Below, piece after piece: positions 1 to 13,329 of a DNA stretch of 64,000 nt. The notes under the pieces were generated by a model. That model was not told the origin of the DNA and made no database searches. It worked only from the letters and a program-made list of their open reading frames with translations. Numbering within the stretch: the first letter of the stretch is position 1; every line of letters begins with the position of its first letter. This stretch comes from Macrostomum lignano (Eukaryota). The stretch spans positions 62,001 to 126,000 of the forward strand of contig NIVC01000291.1 in assembly GCA_002269645.1 (NCBI GenBank), written 5' to 3'. A program made the position numbers and the translations under genes.

Positions 1-2
1 GC

Positions 3-272
3 GACATCCAGCAGCTGCGTGAGCAGATCTCCCGGGTGAAGAACCAGCCCCGCTGCCCCATCGTGCTGGTTGGCAACAAGGCCGATCTGGCCGAGCTCCG
101 CCAGGTATCTGGGCAGGACGCCCTTGCGCTGGCCGAGCAGTGGGGCTGTGCCTACCTGGAGACCTCGGCCAAGACCGGCCACAATGTTGAAGAAGTCTTC
201 CTCGAGGTTGTCAACGAGATGACGGCCGCTGCCACCAAGCCGCCTTCGCGCGGCTGCTGTCGCCTGATGTGA
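3..272 (+). CDS. Ras-family small GTPase, Rap2-like; C-terminal coding part, gene continues upstream of the window
   Basis: The frame from nt 3 reads DIQQLREQISRVKNQPRCPIVLVGNKADL...YLETSAK...GCCRLM*. It has G4 NKxD, G5 ETSAK and a CaaX box (CRLM) preceded by a second Cys. Confidence 0.9.
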   Translation, partial: DIQQLREQISRVKNQPRCPIVLVGNKADLAELRQVSGQDALALAEQWGCAYLETSAKTGHNVEEVFLEVVNEMTAAATKPPSRGCCRLM

Positions 273-281
273 CTGCCTGGC

Positions 282-580
282 GTGACCGGCTCTGCATGAC
301 CATCTTTGTGTATGACTGGCTCTGCATGACCATCTTTGTGTATGACTGGCTCTGCATGACCATATTTGTGTATGACTGGCTCTGCATGACCATTTTTGTG
401 TATGACTGGCTCTGCATGACCATCTTTGTGTATTACTGGCTCTGCATGACCATCTTTGTGTATGACTGCTTCTGCATGACCATCTTTGTGTATGACTGGC
501 TCTGCATGACCATCTTTGTGTATGACTGGCTCTGCATGACATCTTTGTGTATGACTGGCTCTGCATGATCATCTTTGTAT
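282..580. repeat. 30-bp minisatellite GACTGGCTCTGCATGACCATCTTTGTGTAT just after the Rap2-like stop codon
   Basis: About 10 near-identical units are visible. Confidence 0.95.
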
Positions 581-1164
581 TACTGCTGTTTTACGTACAT
601 ACGCATGTAATGACCAGCTCTATAAGTCTATGCATATATGACTATTTATATGACAGGTCCGAATAATCCTGGTTCCGGCTTTATGATTATCGTGTGTGAT
701 AATCCCCGGCACTGGTAAACTATTCCAGCACAACCTGCTGTCTTGTCTGGAGCTTTCAGAACTTATTTTGCTGCTTTAGTAGCGGAATGTTTTTCTTTTA
801 TCATTTGGCTAATGGCCAGATTTGTACACAGTCCCAAAATGGATGTCTGTTTCCACTCGCTCTATTGCCAAGTATTGCTCCCAGCCCAAGAATAGCATAT
901 TTTACTGATATTTAAATATTTTTCCTTGCCTATCGCGTACTCCTACTTATTAGTAGCCTGTAAAGAAATTGCCGCTGCCTTTTTGCTGTGATTGTCCACC
1001 TATTCCAGAGGACCAAACAAAAACACTGGATGCATGTAGTTTCTAAGGTGCTGAAGTGCAGGCTGTTGCCACTTTCATGATCACATGACTTCAATTTTTA
1101 TACTGGCCGTTTTGCTCCAGTATGCTGCTTCCCTCTTCCACCGTTTTGTACCAAGCCCCAGTCC

Positions 1165-1360
1165 TGGACACTGATCATAAGTCCCAGTACACTGATCCCA
1201 AGTCCCAGTACACTGATCCCAAGTCCCAGTACACTGATCATAAGTCCCAGTACACTGATCATAAGTCCCAGTACACTGATCATAAGTCCCAGTACACTAA
1301 TCATAAGTCCCAATACACTGATCATAAGTCCCAGTACACTAATCATAAGTCCCAGGATCC
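1165..1360. repeat. 21-bp minisatellite AAGTCCCAGTACACTGATCAT
   Basis: About 9 units are visible. Confidence 0.92.
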
Positions 1361-1999
1361 CAAGTACCAGCAGGAGTCCCCCAGCCCTGAGTAGCAAGTC
1401 CCAGCATGAGCTCAAAGTCCCAGTCCTGACCAGCCACCACTCATTCCCCAGCGAGGTGCGCACAAGCAGAGCTCAATATTTTTAAATTCCGCATTCCGTG
1501 ACAAGTTCGCCTGTCCAAATACAAACATAACCTATTCTGCACAGCAATTTACAAGGAGCACCGGCGCTAACTATTAAATTAATGCTGTTTGTTACATATC
1601 AAACATTCTTCATGTCCTGGTCTTAACATATTTCAAGTAGATATGAATATATCTAGTAAGTTAAAGTTACTGTAAGTGAAATTGCAAGGTTTTTTCTGTA
1701 AAAGTAGTTTAATATATAATATTTGTGAACAGTGCAAATAAATTCATTTATATTTGGCAAGCATGTAAAAAGTCCAATTAGACATTTTTCTCAATATAGG
1801 ATTCAGATTTGCGAATAGAGTATGAAAAAAAAGAAATGATAAGCAAAAATAACAGAGCACTGCATTGCAAATCTAAGCTTTAAGGCCGAGGCCTGCCGAG
1901 ACCGAGCCAATGCACGGTGAAAAAAAATGATTGTCTAATCATCGACGAAAACAAAAATGTTAATGTGGTAGTGAGGTGCTAATATGCGTATTGGGGCGT

Positions 2000-2195
2000 C
2001 TGACCCAAACAGACCACTCCTGATCCAAACAGACCACTCCTGACCCAAACAGACCACTCCTGACCCAAACAGACCCCTCCTGACCCAAACAGACCCCTCC
2101 TGACCCAAACAGACCCCTCCTGAGTCCTGATCCAAACAGACCCCTCTTACCCAAACCAGACCTCTCTTGACCCAAACAGACCCCTCCTCACCCAT
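2000..2195. repeat. 20-bp minisatellite TGACCCAAACAGACCACTCC downstream of the BBOX stop
   Basis: About 9 degenerate units. Confidence 0.9.
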
Positions 2196-2248
2196 TCCAA
2201 CCCCATCTGACCCACTGAGGCAAGTGCTGCCTGACCCGGCCGCCGCAT

Positions 2249-5200
2249 TCAGAGGCCCTGCAGCACCCGTCGCCTAGACAGAGTCTCGTCCCAGCTGAGG
2301 TAGGCGCCCATGAAGAGCCGCTCGCCCTGGTAGGCGGTGCGCGAGTGCAGCACGCGGCCGTTCTCGAACACCGCCAGCTGGCCGTCCTTGAGCCGGAGCT
2401 GCAGACTGTGGCCGGGATCATATAGCAGGTCGTTGAACTCTTTTAGGGCTTCGTAATAAGCCTGTCGGGTTTGTGAATCAAAATTTTCGGGTGTAAGACT
2501 GAGTCGTCGAAGCGCCTCGGTGGGGTCACCGCCCTCCCCGTGTTGGTGGGGTCATTGCCCTCCATGTTGTTGGTGGGGTCACTGCTCTCTCCCGATGGGC
2601 GCCACCGCCCTCGCTGCTCACCTGCACGCGGCCGAGTGGCAGTCTGAGCACCGAGTCGCGCTGCTGGTTGCTAAGGTGAATGCGGCGCACCTGGCCGCCG
2701 CGGCCCAGCTCCAACACCGGGTGCCGCTGTAACAGGTGAAACTTGTCCAGGTCGTCCGAGTTCCGGTCCCGGAAGTTGGTCAGGGCGGTGGCCAGCAGGT
2801 GGAACTGCTCGGGGCGGCGGTCGCGCAGCAGCTCGGCAGCGGAAAATCCGTCAGCAAAACTGTTCTCGCCTCCGGGCACCGTGCGGGTCTGCCGGATGCA
2901 GTGCAGCAGCTGGGGGGAGTACAGTGAGCTGGGTGTGCAGATAGACAGGCGTGAAAGGCCTACTAGACAGCCAGGCGTCAGGACAAAATAGCAAAACATC
3001 AAGGCATCACGAAATAGATGAAACACTTGAGCTAGGAACAGAGACAGCCCCAGACCAGCCGTGTCAGCAAAAATGAACCGGCAATTCGGTCAGGACCGCA
3101 GCTGACACCTTATTGCAGTGCAGTCCAGTTCAAAGTTTACTCGGGCAGAGGGCGGGGCGGCAGGCCGCACACGGGGGAGGGCGAAGTGCGGCGGTCAAAC
3201 TGCAGAGTTTGCTGATGGCAGCTGCGCGGCCTTTGACCTTTGGAATCCAGCGAGATGGGGCAGATGGCAAGCAAGCGCGTGAATGCAGGAGTGCCCTTTT
3301 CACTGGCAAACAGACACACGCAGACTGAAGGAACTCGTACAAGCAGGCAACAAATAACACCTGAAAGAGAAAAAACAGATCAGTTAGAACAGGCAGTTAC
3401 AGCCAGAATAAGCAGGATAGCCCGACCGAAAATATTTGTCCTTTCAAAAACAGTAAGTGTGCCAGTTGTGCCACAAATATGCCCTTTGACAGAGTTATAA
3501 ATGTCTTTGTATGTCATATTTGACACACTTGATACAATTGTACCAATTGTGCCGTAGCTATGCCATTTGGCACAGTTTGTAAATGTCGATGTATGTCCTA
3601 TTTGGCACACTTGACACAAATAGTATTTTTACTGCTAATTGGCCAATGAAACCAATTGGCACACTTGGCACACTTGCTACAATTGTGCCAGTTGTGCCAC
3701 AGCTATACCATTTAGCACAGTTATAAATGTCTTTGTATGTCCTATTTGGCACACCTGGCACAAATAACCTTTTTATAGCTAATTCCCCTTGGAAACCATT
3801 TGGCACACTTGGCGCACTTACTACAAGTGTACCAGTTGTGCCACAGCTATACTATTTGACACAGTTATATAACTGTCTTGGACTGTCCTTCTTGGCACAC
3901 TTGGCACGAATATCCTTTTTATAGCTAATTGGTTATTAAAACAGACTGGCACACTTGGCACACTTGCTACAATTGTACCAGTTGTGTCACAGCTATGACA
4001 TTTGGCACAGTTATATATATTTGTCTTTCTTGGCACACTTGGCTCAAATAACCTTTTTTATTGCTAATTACCTAACAAAACTGTTTGACGCACACCCGGT
4101 GCAACTTGCACTGAGGCTGCGACGTCAGTAGCTTCGATTTTGGCAGATGACCGGCAGGTTTTCACTCCCAACTTGCGGCATGATCTGCTCAGACGCTCGA
4201 AAATGGCGCAACCGCGTTTGATTGACGCCATTACAAAAGAACTAAAGCAGCAGATCACGCAGCATCTCGCCGTCCATCTAGATCAGCTCGTGGACCCAGC
4301 CGTCACAGTTGACAACATGCTGGTCGACGACAATGGAAAGAAATTATACTACGGTAAGAAATTAATAGTCCTTCATTTATGATCGCGCAAATATCCTATT
4401 GTTACTCTCAATCGCTCTTCAATCCTTAAAAAACACCTCTGCAGCCAATCGGTTTCGCCTTTACGTCCAACGTCGCTCGGACCAGGGTCATGGCCAGTAA
4501 GGATATATCAAGAACCAACGACTCCGGCCAACCTCAATGCACTTCTCCGCGAGATGGTGCGGGGGTGCTTCAGCGACGACGAGATTTTGGTAACGTCGTT
4601 GAGCGGTCGCGCTACTGAGCCTGGTCGGCCACGCCTGCTACCTGGCTGGAATCGACATCCCAAACAATGAAAGCGATTGAAAAGGCCTACGTCCGATGCT
4701 CCATCACCGTCAGTCGGCGTGAAAAGCAATCCGGACGTTTGCCTGTAAAGAAACTTCGTCAAGGTGCGGCTGCCAATGTCACTGACACTGTGCAGTCGGA
4801 GGCGGCTAATGCACTCGCGAGGACTGAGCGCGGGATATCTGCTGTTGCATCTAGCAAAACTAAACTTGTTTGGCAGATGCGGGACCCGTCTAGCTTGGTC
4901 TGTCTCCCTCATGTTTCTGGTTTTGTTTTCCCCTGGAAATATGCTCTTTCCCACATAAAGTAACCAACTACATTACTATAGTTAGTTCCAGACTCGTAAA
5001 TTACAATAGCACCAGGAATCAGACTTGTTGTCTAACTAGAAAAGTATAGGGGAACAGAGGTATTGGAGTTGGTTTCACTAATTGCTTGTTTTTTATCTAG
5101 TTGTTTGTTTGTGCTTTTTAAATTAATACATTAGATGTATGCATGTTGTTACATTAAAATCCTGTGCCACGTGTAGTCGACTCAGTAGTTAATTTGTTAC

Positions 5201-7427
5201 ATTGCATGTTTTAGTTTCAAATGTATTAGAAGTGTAAACTCTTTGGCTGGCACCACAATTTTCATGCACCGCGCTTTTTAATTACGTTGTTTTTTGTTTC
5301 CTGTCCAATGTCCGCTGTCTGTTATGTTTCTTTCCGTTAACTTCTAGTATGCATTTTTTAATTCCGCAGCCTCCCCTTTTTCCTGTTTTATACATGTTTT
5401 TTGTCCTATTTGCTACTTCCCATTAAATATATACGTATTTATGCAACATCCCTTTTTCCAACTGTTTTAATCTGTTTATGTTCGCGCTCAACATTATTTT
5501 AAAGTTTAATTTACATTGACAACTCTTTTCAATTTGTCTTCCCTCATTTAAACATGAGAAGGACCTCTCGCAAATCTTAGCTACTTCATACACTTCATAA
5601 CTCGTAGTTGACTAACGGGTCAACTAGAACAGCATCAGATAGCATATTATGCGCTTAGTTCAACTGCTTTAAACTGCAAATTCACTCGCCGTCTGGAGAA
5701 TTTACGCCAAATGGCACAGTACGCGCTAGTTTAACTGCTTCTAGCTGCACATTTACTCGTATGGTGCCAAATGGTACATTTATGGCACAGTTGTGCACAA
5801 TTATAAGCACTCAAAAATAGCTGAGACAACTGGCACAGTTGTGGCACAGTTGTGGCACAGCAGTGCACAATTAAAAATTTGATTCTTAATTGTGTCACAT
5901 GTGCCAATTGGCACAGCTTGGCACAGTTATATTTGTGCCAAGCTGTGCCACCAATTGTCGATTCTCACAAATTTCGTGTCGTTTCGACAGTTATTTTGGG
6001 ATTCCCCCCAATTCATTTTTTATGTGCTATTTGACGCATTTAAAGAACAATTATTTCCGGTCGGGAGAAACTGGCAGACTGAAAACTAAAAACAGACTGA
6101 TATGATAGACACAAGGAACAGATAGAACAGACTAACCTTGACAAAGGGTCAGTAACATAATAATACATGCAATAGACAGAACTCACCTGAATATCCGGCT
6201 GGTGCTCAAAGTACGGCAGGTCGGTGTGGAAGCCGAGCCGGCCGGTGGTGTAAGCCAGGTTGCTGGGTCCCGGTTTTGACTCCACCCGGAAGATCACTCC
6301 GTAGTGGGTGCGGCGCGGGTATGCGACCCGGTGGCACAAGCGACTTAGCGAGTCCTCGTCAGTGCCAAAGTTGTCCAGCAGCACCAGACCGTCCAGCTCT
6401 AGGCGCTGAAGCAGCTCCAGCAGGGCCGCGTCGTCCGACATCACCGCCTGGCCGTCCAGGAAGTCCGGACGGAACGGCCAGTCGCGCCACAACCTCGGGA
6501 TCGACTTTGACAAGCGCAGATCCGGTGGGACCTGCGGGTGGGTGTCCGAGCTGGTTTAGAGATGGCTGGCTGGGGTGTCCGAACTAGTTTTGGTGGGCTG
6601 TCTGAGTTGGTTTATTTGGGTGTCCGAGATGCGATAGGGGGTTTTGAACTGGTTTAATTGGGTGTACGAGCTCTTTTAAAATGGCTTGTTGGGGTGTCCG
6701 AGCCAATTTATAGATGGGTGGGATGTCCGAGACAATTCAGAGATGGTTGGGGTGTCCGAGACAATTCAGGGATGGTTGGGGTGTCCGAGGCGATTTAGAG
6801 ATGGTTGGGGTGTCCGAGGCAATTTAGAGATGGGTGGGGTGGCCGAGACAATTCAGAGATGGGTGGGGTGGCCGAGACAATTCAGAGATGGGTGGGGTGG
6901 CCGAGGCAATTCAGAGATGGGTGGGGTGTCCGAACCGGGCGCCAACCAACCTGTCCGTCCTCGGTGAAGTGGCGGGCGCGCAGCCAGTCCAGGGGATAGC
7001 AGCCGCGGTGTCCGTCGGCCCAGAGCAGCTGCAGCTGCCCCGCCTCCACGGTGGCCTCGGTCAGCGCGGCGGTCGGGTCGAAGTCGTTCATGAGCAGCTG
7101 GCGCGAGTCCGAGTTGCTGTTGTGGCAGAGGCTGCAGCGGCAGTTGTCCCTCAGCCAGGCCAGCGGGAAGTTCAATGTGGCCACTCCAGCCTGGTCGTCA
7201 GCGGCGGCTCCGTGCAGCGTCAGCACCCGGCTGTCCACGTCCACGGTGGCCTGGAGGCCTGCGGGGCTGGTGGGCTGGGCCGACGGGCCAGTGGTGGCGG
7301 ATGTCGACAGTGACTGTCGCTGATGCCTGGCGGAAGCGGCAACAGCAGGGGCGGCCTGCGGCAGCTGCAGGAAGCGAAGCTGCAGGGCGGCAGCTGGGAG
7401 GCGGCGCAGCAGCGGCATCAGCGGCAT
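2249..7427 (-). CDS. BBOX1: Gamma-butyrobetaine dioxygenase-like Fe(II)/2-oxoglutarate dioxygenase; exons 7427-6951, 6531-6187, 2909-2622, 2461-2249 (about 440 aa)
   Basis: All junctions are GT-AG and phase 0. Motifs: PLAWLRDNCRCSLC...DGH (N-terminal Zn site), AYTTGRLGFHTDLPY (HxD), QLLHCIRQ, GGENSFADGF, and VFENGRVLHSRTAY...RLFMGAYL (distal His and 2OG-binding Arg). These match BBOX better than TMLHE. Confidence 0.9.
3421..6065. mobile_element. Putative non-autonomous CMC/EnSpm-like DNA transposon in BBOX intron 2
   Basis: 19-bp TIRs CCCGACCGAAAATATTTGT (3421-3439) and ACAATTATTTCCGGTCGGG (6047-6065), 17/19 match. AG flanks both ends (2-bp TSD). Subterminal TGGCACA/TGTGCCA repeats occur at about 3460-4050 and 5710-5950. 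Confidence 0.6.
6545..6935. repeat. 29-bp minisatellite filling BBOX intron 1
   Basis: GGGGTGTCCGAGACAATTCAGAGATGGTT units; TGTCCGA recurs at 6724, 6753 and 6782. Confidence 0.9.
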
Positions 7428-7504
7428 GCTCAGCGGGTGGGAGCGGCGGGCTGCAAAATCAGTGCGGATAATTTTTGCCTGTGGCGCTGGGTACTGGGCT
7501 GATC

Positions 7505-7855
7505 AGAGGCAGTGCAAGGGCGATTCTGATGACAGTGCAAGGGCGATTCTGATGACAGTGCAAGGGCGGTTCTGATGACAGTGCAAGGGCGATTCTGATG
7601 ACAGTGCAAGGGCGATTCTGATGATAGTGCAAGGGCGATTCTGATGACAGTGCAAGGGCGATTCTGATGACAATGCAAGGGCGATTCTGATGACAGTGCA
7701 AGGGCGATTCTGATGACAGTGCAAGGGCGATTCTGATGACAGTGCAAGGGCGATTCTGATGACAGTGCAAGGGCGATTCTGATGACAGTGCAAGGGCGAT
7801 TCTGATGACAGTGCAAGGGCGATTCTGATGACAGTGCAAGGGCGATTCTGATGAT
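7505..7855. repeat. 23-bp minisatellite GACAGTGCAAGGGCGATTCTGAT upstream of BBOX
   Basis: About 15 units. Confidence 0.95.
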
Positions 7856-9924
7856 AATGAAAATGTAGCCAGGGAGATTTTATTTTATTAAATAGTTTTG
7901 ATACAAATATGCTAAAGGGTATATCTAGCCTACCTAACTATGCTTTGTAATAAGTTGAATTGCTAAAAAATTCAAGAAAATATTTCAAGGCCTATGAATA
8001 GCTAGCTTAGGGCCTAGGCTTAGCAGGCAGTTGTTTTGCTTTGGTTCACCTAAAATTATATTGTATTTAACCTATTTTATAAGACATTCACTTTTAAGAA
8101 TATGCCTTCCTATAGGAGTAGTAGGCCTAACATATTGACCTTTTCTATAACTATTATATTATATTCATAACAGTCCAGCCTCTATCTATAGCTATTAAAA
8201 ATTAAGATAATTTTTTATAGATATAATGCTTAAAATAAATCTAAATATACTAAATCTCTAAGGTTTGTTTGTATGCTTCTCCATAATGCTCTAGAGATTG
8301 CAATTGGTCTACTAAACTTATAGTATACAGTATATAAATAATGGTTGTTAAAAAGGGCAATTGTAAAGTATGTATATAATATAGATGTTGTGTTTATGAC
8401 AAAGAAGTTTTTTTTTAATTAGGATGGTTCTATACAAAAACAAAACATCTCTAAATTGATTGATTTTAAAGTGTTCTAATAAGTTTCAAATAAGTAAATT
8501 ATGCTCCTTTGGGTCTAGCCTAGTGTAGTCACTAATCTAGCTAAATAATTTTAGAAAAAGTATAAATCAAATAGTTAAAACTAATTGCTATGTATGTGCT
8601 CGCAGCCCTTTTGCTTCTGCTAATGATTGCACAAATGAAATGCAAAAACGATAAATTCAAGTTGAAATATTTTAGCAGAAGGGACAGATGACTGTCATGG
8701 CTGTACATGTACATATAACAGATTTAGATAGTAGAATCTAACATTAAATAGACAATTATAATTAAGCTTCGGGATATCGCATGCTTGCCTGAATAAACTT
8801 ATCTTTAATATTACGAGTCGTAGACAATAACATTTAGCCATGACGACAAAAATTTGCGAATAAAAGTAAAACCAATGAAACAAGGCAGACGCAATATTTT
8901 TTGCAGTACTTGTGTGCTCATAGCCCCTCGTACATAGTTTCTGGAATTTTTGGTTCTGGATTGGATAGATTTCGTTGGCTGTACATTTGCCTAAGACTTA
9001 AAGTTTGTTTTCATGGACAGTGACAACTTCACGAGCAACACATTCTGAAAATTAAAGATCTCACAAACAAAAAATTGTTTAACTTTCTTAAGGTTTTTTC
9101 TATTTTTCAGTTTGCTGTTCGCTCCAGCCGAAGCTCAATATAATATAGCAGCTTAATTGGCTTGTTCCATTGGCTTTTAATTGTGACATTCTCTGTCTCT
9201 GCTACTACCCTATCGCCTATAGCTACGATCGTACAACAGCGAAATAAAAAACAGCCCTCAGAACCGTAAAAAAATTCACAGTAATTTTTTGGATTGTTCT
9301 CATTTTTCTCTTTGAAAGAAGAAGAAAGATTTTCTTTTTCTCTAAGAAGATAATTAAATAAACAAATAGAAAGCTTACCATCTCTCAGCTTTTCTCAGCT
9401 CAGCTTTTTTCTCCTTAGAGAACAATGGTTAACTATAGGGTAAGCGGCAATTTTATGCACTGCTGTAGTCGATGAACAAACAACATATTGCTGTGCTGAA
9501 CAAGCTAGCTTTCCTAGAGATTTGCTACAATAGACATGGAGCCGCGCTGCTGCATGTGCTTTGCTAGCTTCGCTTTAATATATATTTTTGGCTTTGCGTG
9601 GTGCGCAGCTGTCTGAGGGCAGAGTGCATGGCTTTTTGGACCTATACTACTAGCTCGTACGTTACAGCCAAAATAAAGCATATTACAATCACAATTTTGC
9701 ACTAGCAATCAATCATAGCGATCAACTCAGAACGAAAACTAAAAATATGCGTTCCTCATCGTCGCATATTATCCCATCGCCATGCAAGATCATCGAGATG
9801 CATGCAATTTGCGTCACAATCACAAGACCTTTAGTTAAGGCTGCATGGTGAGGAGAGAAGTGGAGAGTTTATGGCTAAGAGTTGGATCAAAGCTGCCATG
9901 CACTTATTGATGTCAAGACTTACG

Positions 9925-10040
9925 AGGGAATTGCTGAGATGTCAAGGCTTGCGGGGGGAATTGCTGAGATGTCAAGGCTTACGGGGGGAATTGCTGAGAT
10001 GTCAAGGCTTATGGGGGGAATTGCTGAGATGTCAAGACTG
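9925..10040. repeat. 30-bp tandem repeat GGAATTGCTGAGATGTCAAGGCTT..., about 4 copies
   Basis: The 30-bp period is visible. Confidence 0.85.
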
Positions 10041-10458
10041 AGGTCAGAAGCTACATGTAGTTTATTGAAAAATTGAACTCCATTTTCTTTGTTGGCGCTC
10101 GAACGGAAGTATCTTCTGGCAGTCTGGCAGTCAGTTGAGCTGAAACCTGCAGTCAAGCTACAGACCCCGGTTTCAGCTGCTGACCAGACTTGAGAGAAGC
10201 TGGTAGCAGGCAAAACAGAGAATGTCGAGTGTAAAACAGAATGCCAACCTGGGTTAAAAAGCGAAGCTAATTTCGACACATTTGAGCCGTACTCATAGCT
10301 TTTGGGACTTTTAGAGAAAGTCATTTTTGTCTATGGTCAAAAGCCGAACTCCCGACCCTCCGGTGAATATCTGGCGGAAAATCGGGCTCCACTTCCTGCT
10401 CAGATGTTCAGTCGCTCCATAATTTTATGTTATCAATGCTTCTTTGCCCGCACCCACT

Positions 10459-10958
10459 GAGGGGCGTCGCAATGGATTTTATGGTTTAGGGGGGGGGGAC
10501 AAAGCCAAGAATTCTGCATGCACATGTTAAATTCCTGCATGAACATTATCGGTGTTGTCAGCGCATATTTTAGCGCCGCAGGCACTCATTTTAGCGCCGC
10601 AGGCACTCATTTTAGCGCCGCAGGCACTCATTCTAGCGCCGCAGACTCAATTTAGCGCCACAGTCACATTTTAGCGTCGCAAGCACATTTTAGCGCCACA
10701 GTCACATTTTAGCGTCGCAAGCACATTTTAGCGTCGCAAGCACATTTTAGCGCCACAGTCACATTTTAGCGTCGCAAGCACATTTTAGCGTCGCAAGCAC
10801 ATTTAAGCGCCGCAGGCACTCATTTTTGGCGCCGCAGGCGCTATGTTGAGTTGAGTCGCCCAGAGGCAAAATTATTGATTTCCATTAGGGGTCATAAGGT
10901 GGGGGACAAAGCATTGACATGTCCCCCCATTAATTTTACCCTGGTGGCGGCGCCCCTG
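10459..10958. mobile_element. hAT-type MITE, 500 bp, with an internal 21-22-bp tandem repeat
   Basis: 8-bp TSD CACCCACT at 10451-10458 and 10959-10966. Imperfect TIR GAGGGGCGTCGC...GCGGCGCCCCTG. Internal ATTTTAGCGCCGCAGGCACTC-type units at about 10567-10840. Confidence 0.85.
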
Positions 10959-13329
10959 CACCCACTCACCCAGTGCAGGGCCTCCCGCGCACTGATGCAC
11001 TTCACCGAGAGCTGTCAGTCAGCAGATCCGGTCCCGGCTACTGCAATTAACGAATATTGCTGGAATTCTCTGACTCTGACCCATTTGACTGCACTTTCCA
11101 ATGCAGCCAGACACGAATTCGCGTCCATAGTACATGCAAGTCTTGATCCATAACCGAGCAGCAACTGCACTTTTGATGCGATGGTATCCAACAAGCTGGA
11201 ATTGTTCTAATTCTCATGCACTAGTAGTCATGCAAGCCTGGTGAGGCACCTGGATTTTGTAAATCGCGATGAAGCAAGCTTGATTATTAGACAGCTGCTC
11301 TTGCGGACTATCTTGGCTTTGATGATCGCTTACATTATAATTATATTTCTGTTTCATAGCCTACAATAAATTAAGGAATAATGAAGAAACTAATAATATG
11401 AATCAAAGGATTCAACCTGACATTCCGAGCATCAGCATGCTGTGTATTTGTCATGGTAAGCTGAGCCCTTCAAGTGCCTCCTCACTGTGGGCTGTGTTGA
11501 CTCGGGCTTTACTTAGGAAAGATCGGGGGGGCAGCTGCTCAGTCGCAGGCCAGTAGCCCTTACACTGGCAGCTCAGCGGCATGTCTGTCAATGGCGGCTG
11601 CTAGCTGTCAGTACAAGGAGCTGCTGGCCTGCGGTGCTTGAGTCTATGCTCGCAAAATGGGAATTGAATGACCTCGGCTCTGAGATTATTCTTGTCCTGC
11701 GCCAACATACTACTGCGCTGACATTCAGTCTGGGCTACTTTTGTCGAGATAAGTAGTACAATTTATCTAAGCATGAATTTTTCCGGAATAGAAAGTACTG
11801 AAAGTACGGCTGATCGAATGACGAAGCCCAGTTGAATTCTGCTAGAATTTCTAAGAAAGGCACCAACGCAATACCGTTGCGCGCGGAGTTGGCGGCTCTG
11901 TAGAACCGTGGGGGAGGGGCGCAGAGGTCGGTGACGTCAGCGGCACGGTTGCAGCTCTTGATGAGGCAGCTCGACTCGCACGGGTCAGCTGGCGAGCGCG
12001 GCTACTGAGTCTTCGAGCTGCCCATGAAGAGCCGAACCGGTGGATCCGCGGAATGCCACTGCGGGCACCGGGAGCTGCCGGGGGCTTCAGGTGGACGCGG
12101 GAGCCCCGGGTCTTCTTACCAAACGGCAGGCCTTCGCAACCATTTTTTACCAACTTCGGCGTCCCAAAGTTCCTGCACTTGCGCCGCTGTCTTGTCCAAA
12201 AAAAGAATTATTTTAAGCAGAAAAGCTCCAGACTGACTCTAAACTGGATATACTTGGCCTGCTTTTATGCATTACAACTGCAGCGGAGTTTCACTTGGCC
12301 CGCGATTGCCGAGAGAGGCGGAGGCGGGCCAGCAGAGCGGAGCTGCAGGCGGCACGCTGCCCGCCACCCAATGGGACCCTGGCCAGACAGACGATCAGCT
12401 GTTCGGGGGGTTGGCGGCGGACGCGGCCGCCCGCCCCGCCTCCGGCCCTGCTGGCAGGCACGGATCAATTCCGCCCCCCCCCCTTATCGCTATGGTTTCC
12501 CCCTGGCCCAAGGTCTCCACTTTGCCAGAGAGGGGGCGGCCGCGCAGTGCGGAGAGATGGGGAGGGGGCGGCGGCTCCCCGCGTACACTGCGGCAGCGGC
12601 CCGTGGGCCTCCCGAGAGGTGTCAGAGGAGAGAGAGTTTCTGGTATGCACGTGGCCGCCGCCCCCTCCCGGCCTCTGCCGCACTGCTGCATGCGGTCGTA
12701 TCGTCTCAGCCAGCGTGCGCCCGCCGCCCCCTGCCGCAAAAGCTCCAAGTCTCTCTCTCATATTCGCGACAAAGCGTTGCCAAGCCTATAATGTTTTTGC
12801 GTACAACAGAATTTCGCGAAAAGTAAGGCAACGCCATTTGTACAATTGAAGGTCGAACCGCAAGTTAAAATCTTGGAATCGAACACCCCTCCTTACGGAT
12901 CGAGTTGGAACCGGCAGATAGTCGGGTTCATTGAACTCTCCTGTACTCTCGAATTTGCGCAGCGCTGACGCACAGCCAGCCGCTCTGCCCGCTTATCTAC
13001 CCAATTTTTGCTTCAGATTCGAACCCGGTGGAGCCACCGGCCTCCCCGGCCCCCAGTTCTGGGACAAACTGGGCAGCCGCGGCTTTCCCACGCCTCCCAG
13101 TCCAGAATGAGGGGCAAGCGGAAAGCCGCGGCACCGATTCCCGCTGCCGACTTCTCCGCAATGACTGCAGTGACTAATTTCCTGCTTGTCTCTCTCTTAG
13201 TCTGAAATCACACCGCTTGCTGTGAGGCCAGGTTGCCCCCTGAAAAATCTTCTGTAATGCGCTCCGACCATTAAACTGACGGCTCATAAATACCTGCACT
13301 GAAGTACCAAAGGCGGCCTTGACTCAAGA

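Noticed and set aside
2249-2251. TGA at the BBOX end as possible selenocysteine or readthrough
   Set aside because: It falls at the normal family C-terminus, and no SECIS-like structure is evident.
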